DNA of 63,794 nt from an uncultured Acidaminococcales bacterium (GCA_964551985.1 CAZKFG010000004.1:1-63794); one strand, 5' to 3'. Shown: positions 17,345 to 26,390, counted from the first letter of the stretch. Program-made: numbers and translations. The notes: generated by a model not told the origin, from the letters alone.

Positions 17345-18511
17345 ATGTTTGGTCTTACACTAATTTTAACACTTGCGATAGTAGGTGGAATAATTGCTTA
17401 TATAGGCGACAAACTTGGCTATAAACTGGGCAAAAAGCGTCTTAGTGTATTTGGACTAAGACCAAAGCACACATCTACACTTATTGCTATAACAAGTGGT
17501 ATACTTATAGCTTCAGCTACTTTAATATCATTATCAATAGTATCTGTCGACGTAAGAACAGCACTGTTTGGCATAGACAAACTAAAAAAAGAACTTAGCG
17601 CAATGACACAAGAAATACAAACAAAAAACTCTGAACTAGACTCTGCACAAAACAAACTAGAAAAAAGCAGCGCACAAATAAAAAAAGTAAACGACGAACT
17701 GAGTGCAGCTAACCAAGAACGAGACAAAGCACAGACTCAGCTCGAACAAGTCACAACAGCTAGCAAAGAAGCTTTAGGACAACTGGAAAAATATCGCATA
17801 GAAAGCCAAGAAATAGGAAAACTACGTGACAGATTACAACAAGAAGTAAAAATGCTAACAGACGAATCCAAACAATTAGAGCAAGGAATAATAAACCTGC
17901 GTGAAGGTCAAGTTATTTTTCGTGCCGGACAAATACTCTATCAAGGCATAGTACCTGGTGGACAAAACTCTCAGACAACAAACAAAACCCTAGAACACTT
18001 TTTAACTTTTGCTAACAAACAAATTGTTCAAGGACTAAACTTAAAAGACCAAGACCTAGAAATCCTATTTGTTACTAAAGAAGACTTTAACCAAACGGCA
18101 AACTATCTTGAAAAAACAAGTGGACAAATAGCGCTCAGACTGCAAACAGCAGGAAACATAATATTGGGCGAACCAGTAATAGCAAGATTTTTTGCTTACC
18201 CAAACAAAAAAATCTATGACAAAAATCAAATACTCCTGCAAGAAATTCTACCAGATAACATAGACAAACGTGCTAGTGAAACGCTTTTAATAAGCTTTTT
18301 ATCCCGTTTAAATAAACAAGCTGTCCAAGACGGCGTTTTATCAGACCCGTTGACAGGAAATGTCGGCAACCTCGACATCGCTTACATAATGGAAACAGTA
18401 GAGAAAATTCGCACAGCAACAGGCAAGTTGCAAATAACTGCCAGAGCAGAACAAGACATTTATACAATAGGGCCGCTACAAATAAAACTAATTGTTGATG
18501 TTGTGCAATGA
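17345..18511 (+). CDS. Membrane-anchored coiled-coil protein (DUF3084-like), function unknown
   Basis: Two N-terminal TM helices, a ~110 aa heptad-rich Q/E/K segment (LKKELSAMTQEIQTKNSELDSAQNKLEK...) and a globular C-terminus. 10 nt after the lptF/G stop. Confidence 0.55.
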   Translation: MFGLTLILTLAIVGGIIAYIGDKLGYKLGKKRLSVFGLRPKHTSTLIAITSGILIASATLISLSIVSVDVRTALFGIDKLKKELSAMTQEIQTKNSELDSAQNKLEKSSAQIKKVNDELSAANQERDKAQTQLEQVTTASKEALGQLEKYRIESQEIGKLRDRLQQEVKMLTDESKQLEQGIINLREGQVIFRAGQILYQGIVPGGQNSQTTNKTLEHFLTFANKQIVQGLNLKDQDLEILFVTKEDFNQTANYLEKTSGQIALRLQTAGNIILGEPVIARFFAYPNKKIYDKNQILLQEILPDNIDKRASETLLISFLSRLNKQAVQDGVLSDPLTGNVGNLDIAYIMETVEKIRTATGKLQITARAEQDIYTIGPLQIKLIVDVVQ

Positions 18512-18912
18512 ACAACTATTATCTTGCAATAGACCCGGGCAAAGACAAATGCGGGCTTGCTATTTTAGATGATAAAAAAAACCATTATGTACTGAAAAAC
18601 AGCTACGTTACAGAACTAGAACAAAACATACTACAAATAACTGAAAACTATCAAATAAATAAAATAATTTTAGGCAACGGTACAGGCTACAAACAAATAC
18701 AACAAATAATAAGCAAAACACTACCAAAAAGTTTGATAATCATAATGGACGAAAAAAATACGACCTATCTAGCAAAACAAATCTATTGGCAGCACAACAA
18801 GCCTAAAGGCTGGCAAAAAGTGCTGCCAAAGGGTCTTAGAACTGTACCTGAACCACTAGACAGTTACGCGGCTCTGGCAATAGGAATAAGATGGCTTGAA
18901 CAAAATTGTTAA
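18508..18912 (+). CDS. RuvX/YqgF-like RNase H-fold nuclease homologue
   Basis: YLAIDPGKDKCGLAIL (RuvX-like first Asp strand), IILGNGTG, DEKNTTYLA, DSYAALAI. ATGA overlap with the upstream gene. Confidence 0.5.
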   Translation: MNNYYLAIDPGKDKCGLAILDDKKNHYVLKNSYVTELEQNILQITENYQINKIILGNGTGYKQIQQIISKTLPKSLIIIMDEKNTTYLAKQIYWQHNKPKGWQKVLPKGLRTVPEPLDSYAALAIGIRWLEQNC

Positions 18913-18918
18913 AAAAGC

Positions 18919-18947
18919 TTGACAAGCTAAAAAAACTTGCGTAAACT
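18919..18947 (+). promoter_or_regulatory. Candidate ompM promoter
   Basis: TTGACA (18919-18924), 17-nt spacer, TAAACT (18942-18947). Implies a ~250-nt 5' UTR. Confidence 0.4.
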
Positions 18948-19204
18948 ATAATTAAATACGTATCTATATTGTTTTTTCTATGCCTTTATAGATACACTAC
19001 AACATTGATCTTAAGCTGAAGACTATCGACGGAGCGGGAAGGGGGTGTACCTTAGGATCCGAGAGCGATATGTTGAAGTAAGCTTGGATACAGAAATTGT
19101 AAGGAGAAGAAAAATAATTCTAGAGGTAACAAGGATACTCAAAGAAGAATTTAAACTCCCTTACATCTGTTAATAAATTAAAAAAAACCTAAGGGGGAAA
19201 ACAA

Positions 19205-20545
19205 ATGAAAAAATCTTTCGTAGTTACACTAGCACTAGTATTCGTACTAGGAATTGCTGGTACAGCATTTGCTGCAAATCCTTTCACAGATGTTCCAGCT
19301 AACCACTGGGCATACGCTTCAGTTAGCAAACTAGCTCAAGCAGGTATCGTTGATGGTTATGGCGATGGTAAATTCATCGGCAACTCCAACATGACTCGTT
19401 ATGAAATGGCTCAAATCGTTGCTAAAGCAATGGCTAATTCAGACAAAGCTGATGCAGCTCTAAAAGCTCAAATCGAAAAACTAGCTGCTGAATTCTCCAA
19501 AGAATTAAACGCTCTAGGTGTTCGCGTAGCTCAACTAGAAAAGAAAGTTGACAACGTAAAAATTACTGGTGAAATTCGTTTGTCCAACTACATGAATAAT
19601 GAATCAGTTAAAGGCACAACTACATCCAGTAATGGCACATATCTACGTAGCCGTATTTGGCTAGCTGGTCAAGTAAATGATAGCTGGAAATATACAGCTA
19701 TGATTGAAAACCAACAAAACCTAGCAACAAACGCTCAAGATACTAACGTTAATAACCCAGCAAGTGGCAGTACTTTAGAGTCCACAACACTATTCCGTCG
19801 CGCTTGGGTTGAAGGTAAAGTTGGCGTTATGGAAGTAACAGCAGGTCGTTGGTATGAAGCTCCTTTAAGAGGTGTTGTACTTGGCGAAGCTGGTGATGGT
19901 CTAAAATTAGGCTACACAAACAAAGACTTCAAATTCAACTTAATGGCTATCCGTCCACAAATCATTAACACAGCTCTAATGAGCTCTAACAACAACCAAG
20001 TTATTGCTGCTACTGCAACATACAAACCAGGTAACTGGGATCTAGGTCTTGCATACTATCACACAGATAAAGTTGGTGCTGCAAATGATAATGCAATAGA
20101 CAAAACATCCAACATTTTTGAAGCATTAGTTGGTTACAGCTTTGACAAAAACATCAAACTATGGGGACAATATTTCCATGGTTCCCAAGAAATCAACGAT
20201 GGTGGTAAATCCGGTTGGGCTGCAGGTCTTGACTTTGGTAAACTAGTAAGAAGCAAACCAGGTACTTGGAATGCTCGCATTGGTTACTATGATGTTCCAG
20301 GTGCTGCTGCAATTAACTCTTCCTTTGAATGTGACCCAGGTTCAAGCACATATGTTAAAGGCATGAGTGCAGATGGCAACTCCAGATTTGATGGTTACAA
20401 AGGTATGAACATTGGTGCAAGCTTTGTAGCTGCTAAAAACATTGATGTAAACTTTGATTATTTTGATTGGAAACATCAAAACAAAGCTGCTAACGGCGAC
20501 AAATCCGCTAAAGCATACTGGTCATATGTACGTTTCTACTTCTAA
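19205..20545 (+). CDS. ompM: OmpM-type porin: N-terminal SLH domain, coiled-coil linker, C-terminal beta-barrel
   Basis: Signal peptide ..GTAFA. SLH motif NPFTDVPANHWAYASVSKLAQAGIVDGYGDGKF..TRYEMAQIVAKA, coiled coil AQIEKLAAEFSKELNALGVRVAQLEKK, barrel ending YVRFYF*. Strong RBS AAGGGGG. Confidence 0.88.
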   Translation: MKKSFVVTLALVFVLGIAGTAFAANPFTDVPANHWAYASVSKLAQAGIVDGYGDGKFIGNSNMTRYEMAQIVAKAMANSDKADAALKAQIEKLAAEFSKELNALGVRVAQLEKKVDNVKITGEIRLSNYMNNESVKGTTTSSNGTYLRSRIWLAGQVNDSWKYTAMIENQQNLATNAQDTNVNNPASGSTLESTTLFRRAWVEGKVGVMEVTAGRWYEAPLRGVVLGEAGDGLKLGYTNKDFKFNLMAIRPQIINTALMSSNNNQVIAATATYKPGNWDLGLAYYHTDKVGAANDNAIDKTSNIFEALVGYSFDKNIKLWGQYFHGSQEINDGGKSGWAAGLDFGKLVRSKPGTWNARIGYYDVPGAAAINSSFECDPGSSTYVKGMSADGNSRFDGYKGMNIGASFVAAKNIDVNFDYFDWKHQNKAANGDKSAKAYWSYVRFYF

Positions 20546-20566
20546 TATTAACTGTTAGAACAATTA

Positions 20567-20596
20567 AAAGGCAATCCTTCGGGATTGCCTTTTTTA
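20567..20596 (+). terminator. Rho-independent terminator of ompM
   Basis: aaaaggcaatcc-ttcg-ggattgcctttttt. Confidence 0.85.
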
Positions 20597-20724
20597 GTTA
20601 CTAGCTATCTTTTAGATTAAAAAATAGTTTTCGTGGAAATAAAAGCACTTATACAATGATTTTTAAACAGTAAAAGAAAAACAGAATATAATTGTTATTT
20701 TTTTGTAAAATACTTTTTTGCTAG

Positions 20725-20753
20725 TTGTCTGTTTGCTTTGTAAATGGTATAAT
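20725..20753 (+). promoter_or_regulatory. Candidate promoter for the 20807-22477 gene pair
   Basis: TTGTCT, 17-nt spacer, TATAAT, with a TGg extension (TGGTATAAT). Confidence 0.45.
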
Positions 20754-20806
20754 TTATTAGTATGTATTAAGCTTAAATAGGGCTACAAGATTTTGGAGGG
20801 AAACAG

Positions 20807-21424
20807 ATGAAAAGAAATTTAAAATTTATACTAGGTCTTATGCTGTTGTTTGTTTTTTCATTGCAAATAACTGCTTTTGCAGCACCAAACACTAATAAAA
20901 GAAAAATTGACGAAAGAAAGCAACCAGCAAGGTTTGCTCGTATTGCTATTTTGCCTGTTGTAAATTTACAAGAGGATATTGATTATGCCAATACAATAGT
21001 ATTCCAAAAAGCTTTAGAAGTATTTAGATATCCTGATTATGAAATTTATGATAGTGATAAATTTTATAAAGCATTAGAAGAAGTTAATTATTATGAATTG
21101 GCTAAAGGTAAGGTTGACAAAAACACTGAAGCAATGCTTCGCACTATAATGGATAAATCTGGACTTGACGCAATTGTTTTTGTCAAACTAAATAGATTAA
21201 CTCAAGAAAAAATGCAGTTTAGCCAAGAAGATATGGATATGTTGATTTTGGATATGAATTTTATGGTTATATACAATTGGCGTGAAAAGATTATAGATAG
21301 CCAAGTTGTAGAGCGTAAGTCCGCTCCATATGCAGCTGTTATGAAAGACGATTGGAAACTTCGTGAATATGATAATATGGTATCTCGTCAGCTTAGTAGA
21401 ATAGCTGAAATAGGTAAAAAATAA
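20807..21424 (+). CDS. Secreted protein of unknown function (LpoB/DUF799-like pattern)
   Basis: Signal peptide ..QITAFA-AP. The IAILPVVNLQ.. strand followed by alpha/beta alternation resembles TolB-N-like periplasmic modules. No confident family. Confidence 0.45.
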   Translation: MKRNLKFILGLMLLFVFSLQITAFAAPNTNKRKIDERKQPARFARIAILPVVNLQEDIDYANTIVFQKALEVFRYPDYEIYDSDKFYKALEEVNYYELAKGKVDKNTEAMLRTIMDKSGLDAIVFVKLNRLTQEKMQFSQEDMDMLILDMNFMVIYNWREKIIDSQVVERKSAPYAAVMKDDWKLREYDNMVSRQLSRIAEIGKK

Positions 21425-21439
21425 AACTGCTAGGGGGAA

Positions 21440-22477
21440 TTGGATTTGCATTTAAAAAAAATAGCTATATTGTTTTTAGTAACAGTGTTTAGCTTTACTT
21501 CAATAGTACCTGTTTATGCTCAAGATTTAACTGCATCAGAAAAGGTTGCTCAGACGGAACTTATTTTATATGGTACAGAACAAAAAGGATCATTATCTGA
21601 GCGTATAAATAGTTTAGAGAAGGATATTAATGGTTCTGTTACAAATGAGCCAATTATTTCAAGAATTGACAGAGCTTATTTTTATGTAAAAGGTACATCT
21701 TCAACGGTTGTGCCATCGCTTCTTGTCAAACTCAATGTATTAGAGGCGGCTTTTGCGACAAAAACTAGTGAACTGCCAGCAAAAACTAGATTAGAGGCGC
21801 TGGAGAATCTTATAAACGGTCGTATTGATACAGGTAGTATTGATGATAGAATGAATGTTCTTTTATCTATGGCATTTCCTAATGGCAGTATTGAGACAAG
21901 TCAAGTTACTTTGCCAAAGGATACTTTGGTTAAAATCAGCATAGAACAAGAGCTTGATAGCAAAACAACAGCTGTTGGCAGTAGTGTTTTATTTAGAGTA
22001 CAAGATAATATTTATGTTGATGGCATTTTAGCTATTCCTAAAGGTGCTTCAGCACACGGACGAGTATCTAAAGTATCACGTGCAAATAGTTTTGGCCGTA
22101 GTGGTAAAATTGAAATAGAATACTCACACATTATCGCTATTGACAATAGCAATGTGCCAATAATTGTTGGAAAGCTTGCTAAAGAAGCTACAGAATCAAT
22201 GGCACTTGCTGCAGGAGCTAGTATTGCAAGCATGGTAATATTAGGTCCTATAGGAATAATTGGTGGGGTATTTGTCAAAGGCAAAGAATATAAAATTCCT
22301 AAAGGTGCTGTGTTGTATGTTCAGGTTAAAGAGGATGTTGTGATAAACGGTGTTACAGCAGCTAGCCTTGGTCAAAATGAAACTTTTAAAGAAGATGATG
22401 TAGTAGCGACTACAGAAACAAAAACAACTGATACTACAGATAAAAATATACAACCATCCAATAGTGGTCAAATATAA
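21440..22477 (+). CDS. Secreted protein of unknown function with internal helical repeats and a C-terminal glycine-zipper segment
   Basis: Signal peptide ..VPVYA-QD. Repeats SLSERINSLEKDINGS..ISRIDRA and TRLEALENLINGR..IDDRMNV. Gly-zipper LAAGASIASMVILGPIGIIGGVF. TTG 21446 is an alternative start. Confidence 0.5.
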   Translation: MDLHLKKIAILFLVTVFSFTSIVPVYAQDLTASEKVAQTELILYGTEQKGSLSERINSLEKDINGSVTNEPIISRIDRAYFYVKGTSSTVVPSLLVKLNVLEAAFATKTSELPAKTRLEALENLINGRIDTGSIDDRMNVLLSMAFPNGSIETSQVTLPKDTLVKISIEQELDSKTTAVGSSVLFRVQDNIYVDGILAIPKGASAHGRVSKVSRANSFGRSGKIEIEYSHIIAIDNSNVPIIVGKLAKEATESMALAAGASIASMVILGPIGIIGGVFVKGKEYKIPKGAVLYVQVKEDVVINGVTAASLGQNETFKEDDVVATTETKTTDTTDKNIQPSNSGQI

Positions 22478-22479
22478 AT

Positions 22480-22506
22480 AAAAGCAAGAGCAAAGCTCTT
22501 GCTTTT
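22480..22506. terminator. Bidirectional terminator between convergent genes
   Basis: aaaagcaagagc-aaa-gctcttgctttt. Confidence 0.8.
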
Positions 22507-22519
22507 ATTTAACAAAAAA

Positions 22520-22948
22520 CTATTTTCTTACTGTTAAAACAGCACATTTTGCATGATGGAAAACATGAAAAGCAGTACTGCCTGCCAAAAGTCCAGATAA
22601 TGTACTTTGCCCTTTACTGCCCATTACAATTAAATCACAGCTTTCTTCTTGACAAATTTCAAGAATTTTTTCATAAGGTGTACCAAATTTGAGCGCTGTT
22701 GATAATTTAAAATTACCAGCTAGTTTTTTGGCTTTGTCAAACATTCCTACAGATTCTTTTTCAAGTTCTTTAGCAGTATTGCTTAAAAGGTCGCTTAGTG
22801 GCATAAATTCAAAACTTGTTGGTACTACATAAACGACGTGGGCAACAACGATTTTGCAACCGAATTTTTTGCCAAGTTCCAGTGCATAGTTAAATGCACT
22901 CCAAGATAGTTGTGAGTTGTCGACGGGAACGAGAATTTTGTTAAACAT
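22520..22948 (-). CDS. Universal stress protein (UspA family)
   Basis: ILVPVDNS.., VVAHVV and GSKGQSTLSGLLAGSTAFHVFHHAKCAVLTV. 142 aa. Confidence 0.85.
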   Translation of the reverse strand: MFNKILVPVDNSQLSWSAFNYALELGKKFGCKIVVAHVVYVVPTSFEFMPLSDLLSNTAKELEKESVGMFDKAKKLAGNFKLSTALKFGTPYEKILEICQEESCDLIVMGSKGQSTLSGLLAGSTAFHVFHHAKCAVLTVRK

Positions 22949-23097
22949 AATTTTTGCCTCCTTAAAAATTTATATAAGTCCATAATTAGTAAGTTTGACA
23001 AACTATTTAAAAATCCTTTATTTTTTTATAAAAATTTTATAAAATTATTAAGCAAATAAAAATGTAATCTAGTATAATAATTATTAAAATTAAAACT

Positions 23098-24003
23098 ATG
23101 GAGAGTGATATTTTGAATAAGATTAAAGTAGCAGTTATTGGATATGGCAATATTGGTAAATATGCCCTAGAGGCGATTTGTGCTATGCCAGATATGGAGA
23201 TAGCAGGGATTGTTAGAAGAAACGCTAACAGTGATGATGTAAAAGGAATTATGGTGGTTGATGATATAGCAAAGTTAGGCAAAGTAGATGTAGCACTTAT
23301 CTGCACTCCTACAAGAAATGTTGAGCAGACTGCTAAAAAGTATTTGGCGATGGGTATTAATACAGTGGATAGCTTTGATATTCATACATCTATTTGCGAT
23401 CTTAGAGCTAGTCTTAATAAAGTGGCTAAAGATAATAATGCGGTAGCGGTAATTTCTGCTGGTTGGGATCCAGGTTCTGATTCTGTTGTACGTGCGTTGA
23501 TGCAGGCATGCGTGCCTTTTGGCATTACATATACTAATTTTGGTGCAGGTATGAGCATGGGGCATACTGTAGCAGCGAAAAATATTAAAGGTGTTGCTAA
23601 TGCTTTATCTATGACCATTCCTTTGGGTACGGGAGTACATCGAAGAATGGTTTATGTGCAGCTAGAGGCTAGAGCAGAATTTGATAAAGTTGTTGCAGAT
23701 TTAAAGGCGGATGATTATTTTAGTCACGATGAAACGCATGTTGTACAAGTTGATAATGTAACAGAGCTTATTGATATGGGCCATGGTGTAAATATGACGA
23801 GAAAAGGTGTTTCAGGTCAAACACATAATCAGCTTATGGAATTTAACATGAAGATTAATAACCCAGCTTTAACTGCTCAGGTTATGGTTGCTTGTGCACG
23901 TGCTAGTTTAAAACAAAAAGCAGGAGCTTATACAATGATTGAGATACCTGTTATAGATTTACTTTGTGGTGATAGGGAAGATTTGATAAGTAAACTTGTC
24001 TAA
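23098..24003 (+). CDS. ddh: meso-Diaminopimelate D-dehydrogenase
   Basis: IKVAVIGYGNIGK Rossmann N-terminus, GWDPGSDS motif and a C-terminus ..DLISKLV collinear with remembered Corynebacterium Ddh. Confidence 0.75.
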   Translation: MESDILNKIKVAVIGYGNIGKYALEAICAMPDMEIAGIVRRNANSDDVKGIMVVDDIAKLGKVDVALICTPTRNVEQTAKKYLAMGINTVDSFDIHTSICDLRASLNKVAKDNNAVAVISAGWDPGSDSVVRALMQACVPFGITYTNFGAGMSMGHTVAAKNIKGVANALSMTIPLGTGVHRRMVYVQLEARAEFDKVVADLKADDYFSHDETHVVQVDNVTELIDMGHGVNMTRKGVSGQTHNQLMEFNMKINNPALTAQVMVACARASLKQKAGAYTMIEIPVIDLLCGDREDLISKLV

Positions 24004-24031
24004 TCTTAATGAATTTTATGGAGGTTGTTTT

Positions 24032-24694
24032 ATGAGTGCATATCAATGTCCATTTTGCAATGTATCTTTAGCGGTAAGTCATGAAACATATGCAAATTAT
24101 TTTTTGAATTTTTTTGATGTTACAAAATTTAAAAATACAGCATCAACTTGGAAAAAAGATAACTCAGGAACTATAAAAGTTGTTTTTGTCAAATGTCCTA
24201 ACTGTAAAAAAATAAGTATCTATGCTTTTGGTCATAGTAAGGATTTAGCTGGTCTTAGTGTTAATATTTCGCCAAGAGTTAATTATATGAAATATCCTGA
24301 CTATGTTCCAGAGACAATACAAAAAGAATATCAAGAAGCGTGTAGTGTTTTGGAATTTAGTGAAAAAGCTGCTGCTACTTTTGCAAGGCGCTGCTTAAGA
24401 GAGATAATTCACGATTGTTGGGATATGGAGAGAGCTAATCTTTTTGAAGAGCTTTATGCTTTGCAAAACAGTATAGATAAAGACCTTTGGCGAGCAATAG
24501 AAGGAGTATGCAATATTGGTGACATTGGCAATCACATGAAGGCGGATGTTGGGCTTATATTAGATGTACAGCCGATGGAAGCGCAACGCCTTATAAAACT
24601 TGTCGAACTTCTTATTAAAGAATGGTACATCGCAAAAAGAAATAGAGACCTTTTGTTAGAACAGCTAGTAGATCTCGATGTCAAGATAGATTGA
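24032..24694 (+). CDS. Zn-ribbon + DUF4145-like domain protein
   Basis: CPFC..(44 aa)..CPNC four-Cys ribbon. C-terminal IQKEYQEA..FARRCLREII..IGDIGNH..LIKEWY matches my recollection of DUF4145. ATG 24032 follows GGAGG. Confidence 0.6.
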   Translation: MSAYQCPFCNVSLAVSHETYANYFLNFFDVTKFKNTASTWKKDNSGTIKVVFVKCPNCKKISIYAFGHSKDLAGLSVNISPRVNYMKYPDYVPETIQKEYQEACSVLEFSEKAAATFARRCLREIIHDCWDMERANLFEELYALQNSIDKDLWRAIEGVCNIGDIGNHMKADVGLILDVQPMEAQRLIKLVELLIKEWYIAKRNRDLLLEQLVDLDVKID

Positions 24695-24697
24695 AAT

Positions 24698-24731
24698 AAA
24701 AGATGTCATTGCTTTAACAATGACATCTTTT
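24698..24731. terminator. Bidirectional terminator shared by the DUF4145 gene and tcdA
   Basis: aaagatgtcattg-ctttaa-caatgacatctttt. Confidence 0.8.
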
Positions 24732-25437
24732 ATTCTTGTAATAAGTCTTTAATTACTTCGCTTGCTATTATAAGTCCTGCAACTGATGGAACAAAAGAAA
24801 TGCTGGCGGGAGAGTGCCTGTTATTATCGTTTAAAATTGGTTCAGCAAGAGTTATAGGCAATTCTTTAGAATATACAACTTTTAGTTTATTTATATTAAG
24901 CTCACGTAGTTTTTTTCGCATGATTTTAGCAATTGGATCAACCGAAGTCTTGTAAATATCAGCTACTTCAAATTTGGTAGGGTCTAATTTGTTGCCAGCA
25001 CCCATTGCGCTTATTATCTGGATTTTGTGATTGGTTGCTTGGACAACAAGAGCTATTTTACTTGTTATTGTGTCAATAGCATCAACAATGTAATCAGCAT
25101 CGCGAGCTAATAGTTCAGCTGCGTTTTGTTCTAAGTAAAAATCTTTTATTGAGTCAATATGAGCGTTTGGATTTATAGATAAAATTCTTTGTTTCATAAC
25201 TTGCACTTTTGGCAAGCCGACAGTTTGTAATGTGGCGTGGATTTGTCTATTTATGTTTGTTATACAAATATCATCTTTATCTATTAAAATAAAATTACCA
25301 ATACCAGAGCGAGCTAAAGCTTCAACTGTAAAAGAGCCGACACCGCCAATACCGTAAATAGCGACTTTGCAATTTGCTAGTTTTTCTAGTGCCTGCTTGC
25401 CGATAAGACTTTGTGTGCGAGAAAATTGCTTTAACAT
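24730..25437 (-). CDS. tcdA: tRNA threonylcarbamoyladenosine dehydratase (ThiF/MoeB-like E1 fold)
   Basis: VAIYGIGGVGSFTVEALARSGIGNFILIDKDDICITNINRQ. 235 aa. Confidence 0.75.
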   Translation of the reverse strand: MLKQFSRTQSLIGKQALEKLANCKVAIYGIGGVGSFTVEALARSGIGNFILIDKDDICITNINRQIHATLQTVGLPKVQVMKQRILSINPNAHIDSIKDFYLEQNAAELLARDADYIVDAIDTITSKIALVVQATNHKIQIISAMGAGNKLDPTKFEVADIYKTSVDPIAKIMRKKLRELNINKLKVVYSKELPITLAEPILNDNNRHSPASISFVPSVAGLIIASEVIKDLLQE

Positions 25438-25442
25438 AAAAA

Positions 25443-26318
25443 TTAATCCTTTTTAACACTTACACGGCTATTTGCAGGTACAGATTGGGTTAAAAAAGCA
25501 TTACTACCAATAACACTACCTGTACCAATTACTGTATCGCCACCCATTATTGAGGCACCTGAATATACAACAACATAATCTTCTAGAGTGGGGTGACGTT
25601 TAACACCACGCAAGGATTGTCCTTTTTGTGGTGATAATGCTCCTAGTGTAACGCCTTGGTAAAGTTTTACATTGTTGCCAATAGTTGTTGTTTCACCGAT
25701 TACAATCCCTGTACCGTGATCGATAAAAAAAGGAGTACCAATTGTTGCGGCAGGATGTATGTCTATGCCTGTTTTACTATGAGCATATTCTGTCATAATT
25801 CTAGGGATTAAAGGTACTTTTAAACAATATAATTCGTGTGCCAATCTGTAAATACTCAAGGCTAAAATCCCTGGAAAAGAAAAGACTACTTCGTCAGTTG
25901 AAGTAACTGAAGGATCGCCATCATAAGTAGCTTTAACATCATTTGCCAAATCTGTCCTTATTTTAGGTAGTTTATCAAAAAAATTGCAAATAATATCTTC
26001 TGCTTGATCGTGAAAAGCATAGTTACAAAATTCTTTGTTGGCGTCCACCTTTAGTGCGTGGCAAATTTGCTGATGCAGTTTTTCATATACTTTATTTAGC
26101 AAATCACCTATTTGATAGTCAATTGCTTGTGAAACAAGATTGTGTTTACCCACATAGCCTGGAAATAATAAGGCTCTTAGTAGGTGAATTACCTCCACAA
26201 TGCTGTCTCTATCGGGCATAGAACCTAAATCAAGAGAGATGATGTGCGAATTTTCTTTGTAATTTTTTGAAAGCTCATCCACATATGTATCTAATTTTTT
26301 GTAAAAACTTGGTTTCAT
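25443..26318 (-). CDS. cysE: Serine O-acetyltransferase (long form)
   Basis: Helical N-domain followed by GIDIHPAATIG..FIDHGTGIVIGETT..GNNV hexapeptide repeats. Confidence 0.82.
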   Translation of the reverse strand: MKPSFYKKLDTYVDELSKNYKENSHIISLDLGSMPDRDSIVEVIHLLRALLFPGYVGKHNLVSQAIDYQIGDLLNKVYEKLHQQICHALKVDANKEFCNYAFHDQAEDIICNFFDKLPKIRTDLANDVKATYDGDPSVTSTDEVVFSFPGILALSIYRLAHELYCLKVPLIPRIMTEYAHSKTGIDIHPAATIGTPFFIDHGTGIVIGETTTIGNNVKLYQGVTLGALSPQKGQSLRGVKRHPTLEDYVVVYSGASIMGGDTVIGTGSVIGSNAFLTQSVPANSRVSVKKD

Positions 26319-26344
26319 TTTATAATAGCCCCCTTTATAAAAGT

Positions 26345-26353
26345 ATTATAACA
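26345..26353 (-). promoter_or_regulatory. Candidate extended -10 for cysE
   Basis: The minus strand reads TGTTATAAT about 25 nt upstream of the cysE start. This leaves no room for a T-box leader. Confidence 0.4.
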
Positions 26354-26390
26354 TAAGTTTATTTTTAAAAATAAAATTTTTTTAAGATAC

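Noticed and set aside
18919-18952. TTGACA paired with the perfect TATAAT at 18947-18952
   Set aside because: The spacer would be 22 nt. The TTGACA-N17-TAAACT pairing is geometrically better, so the TATAAT was not used as the -10.
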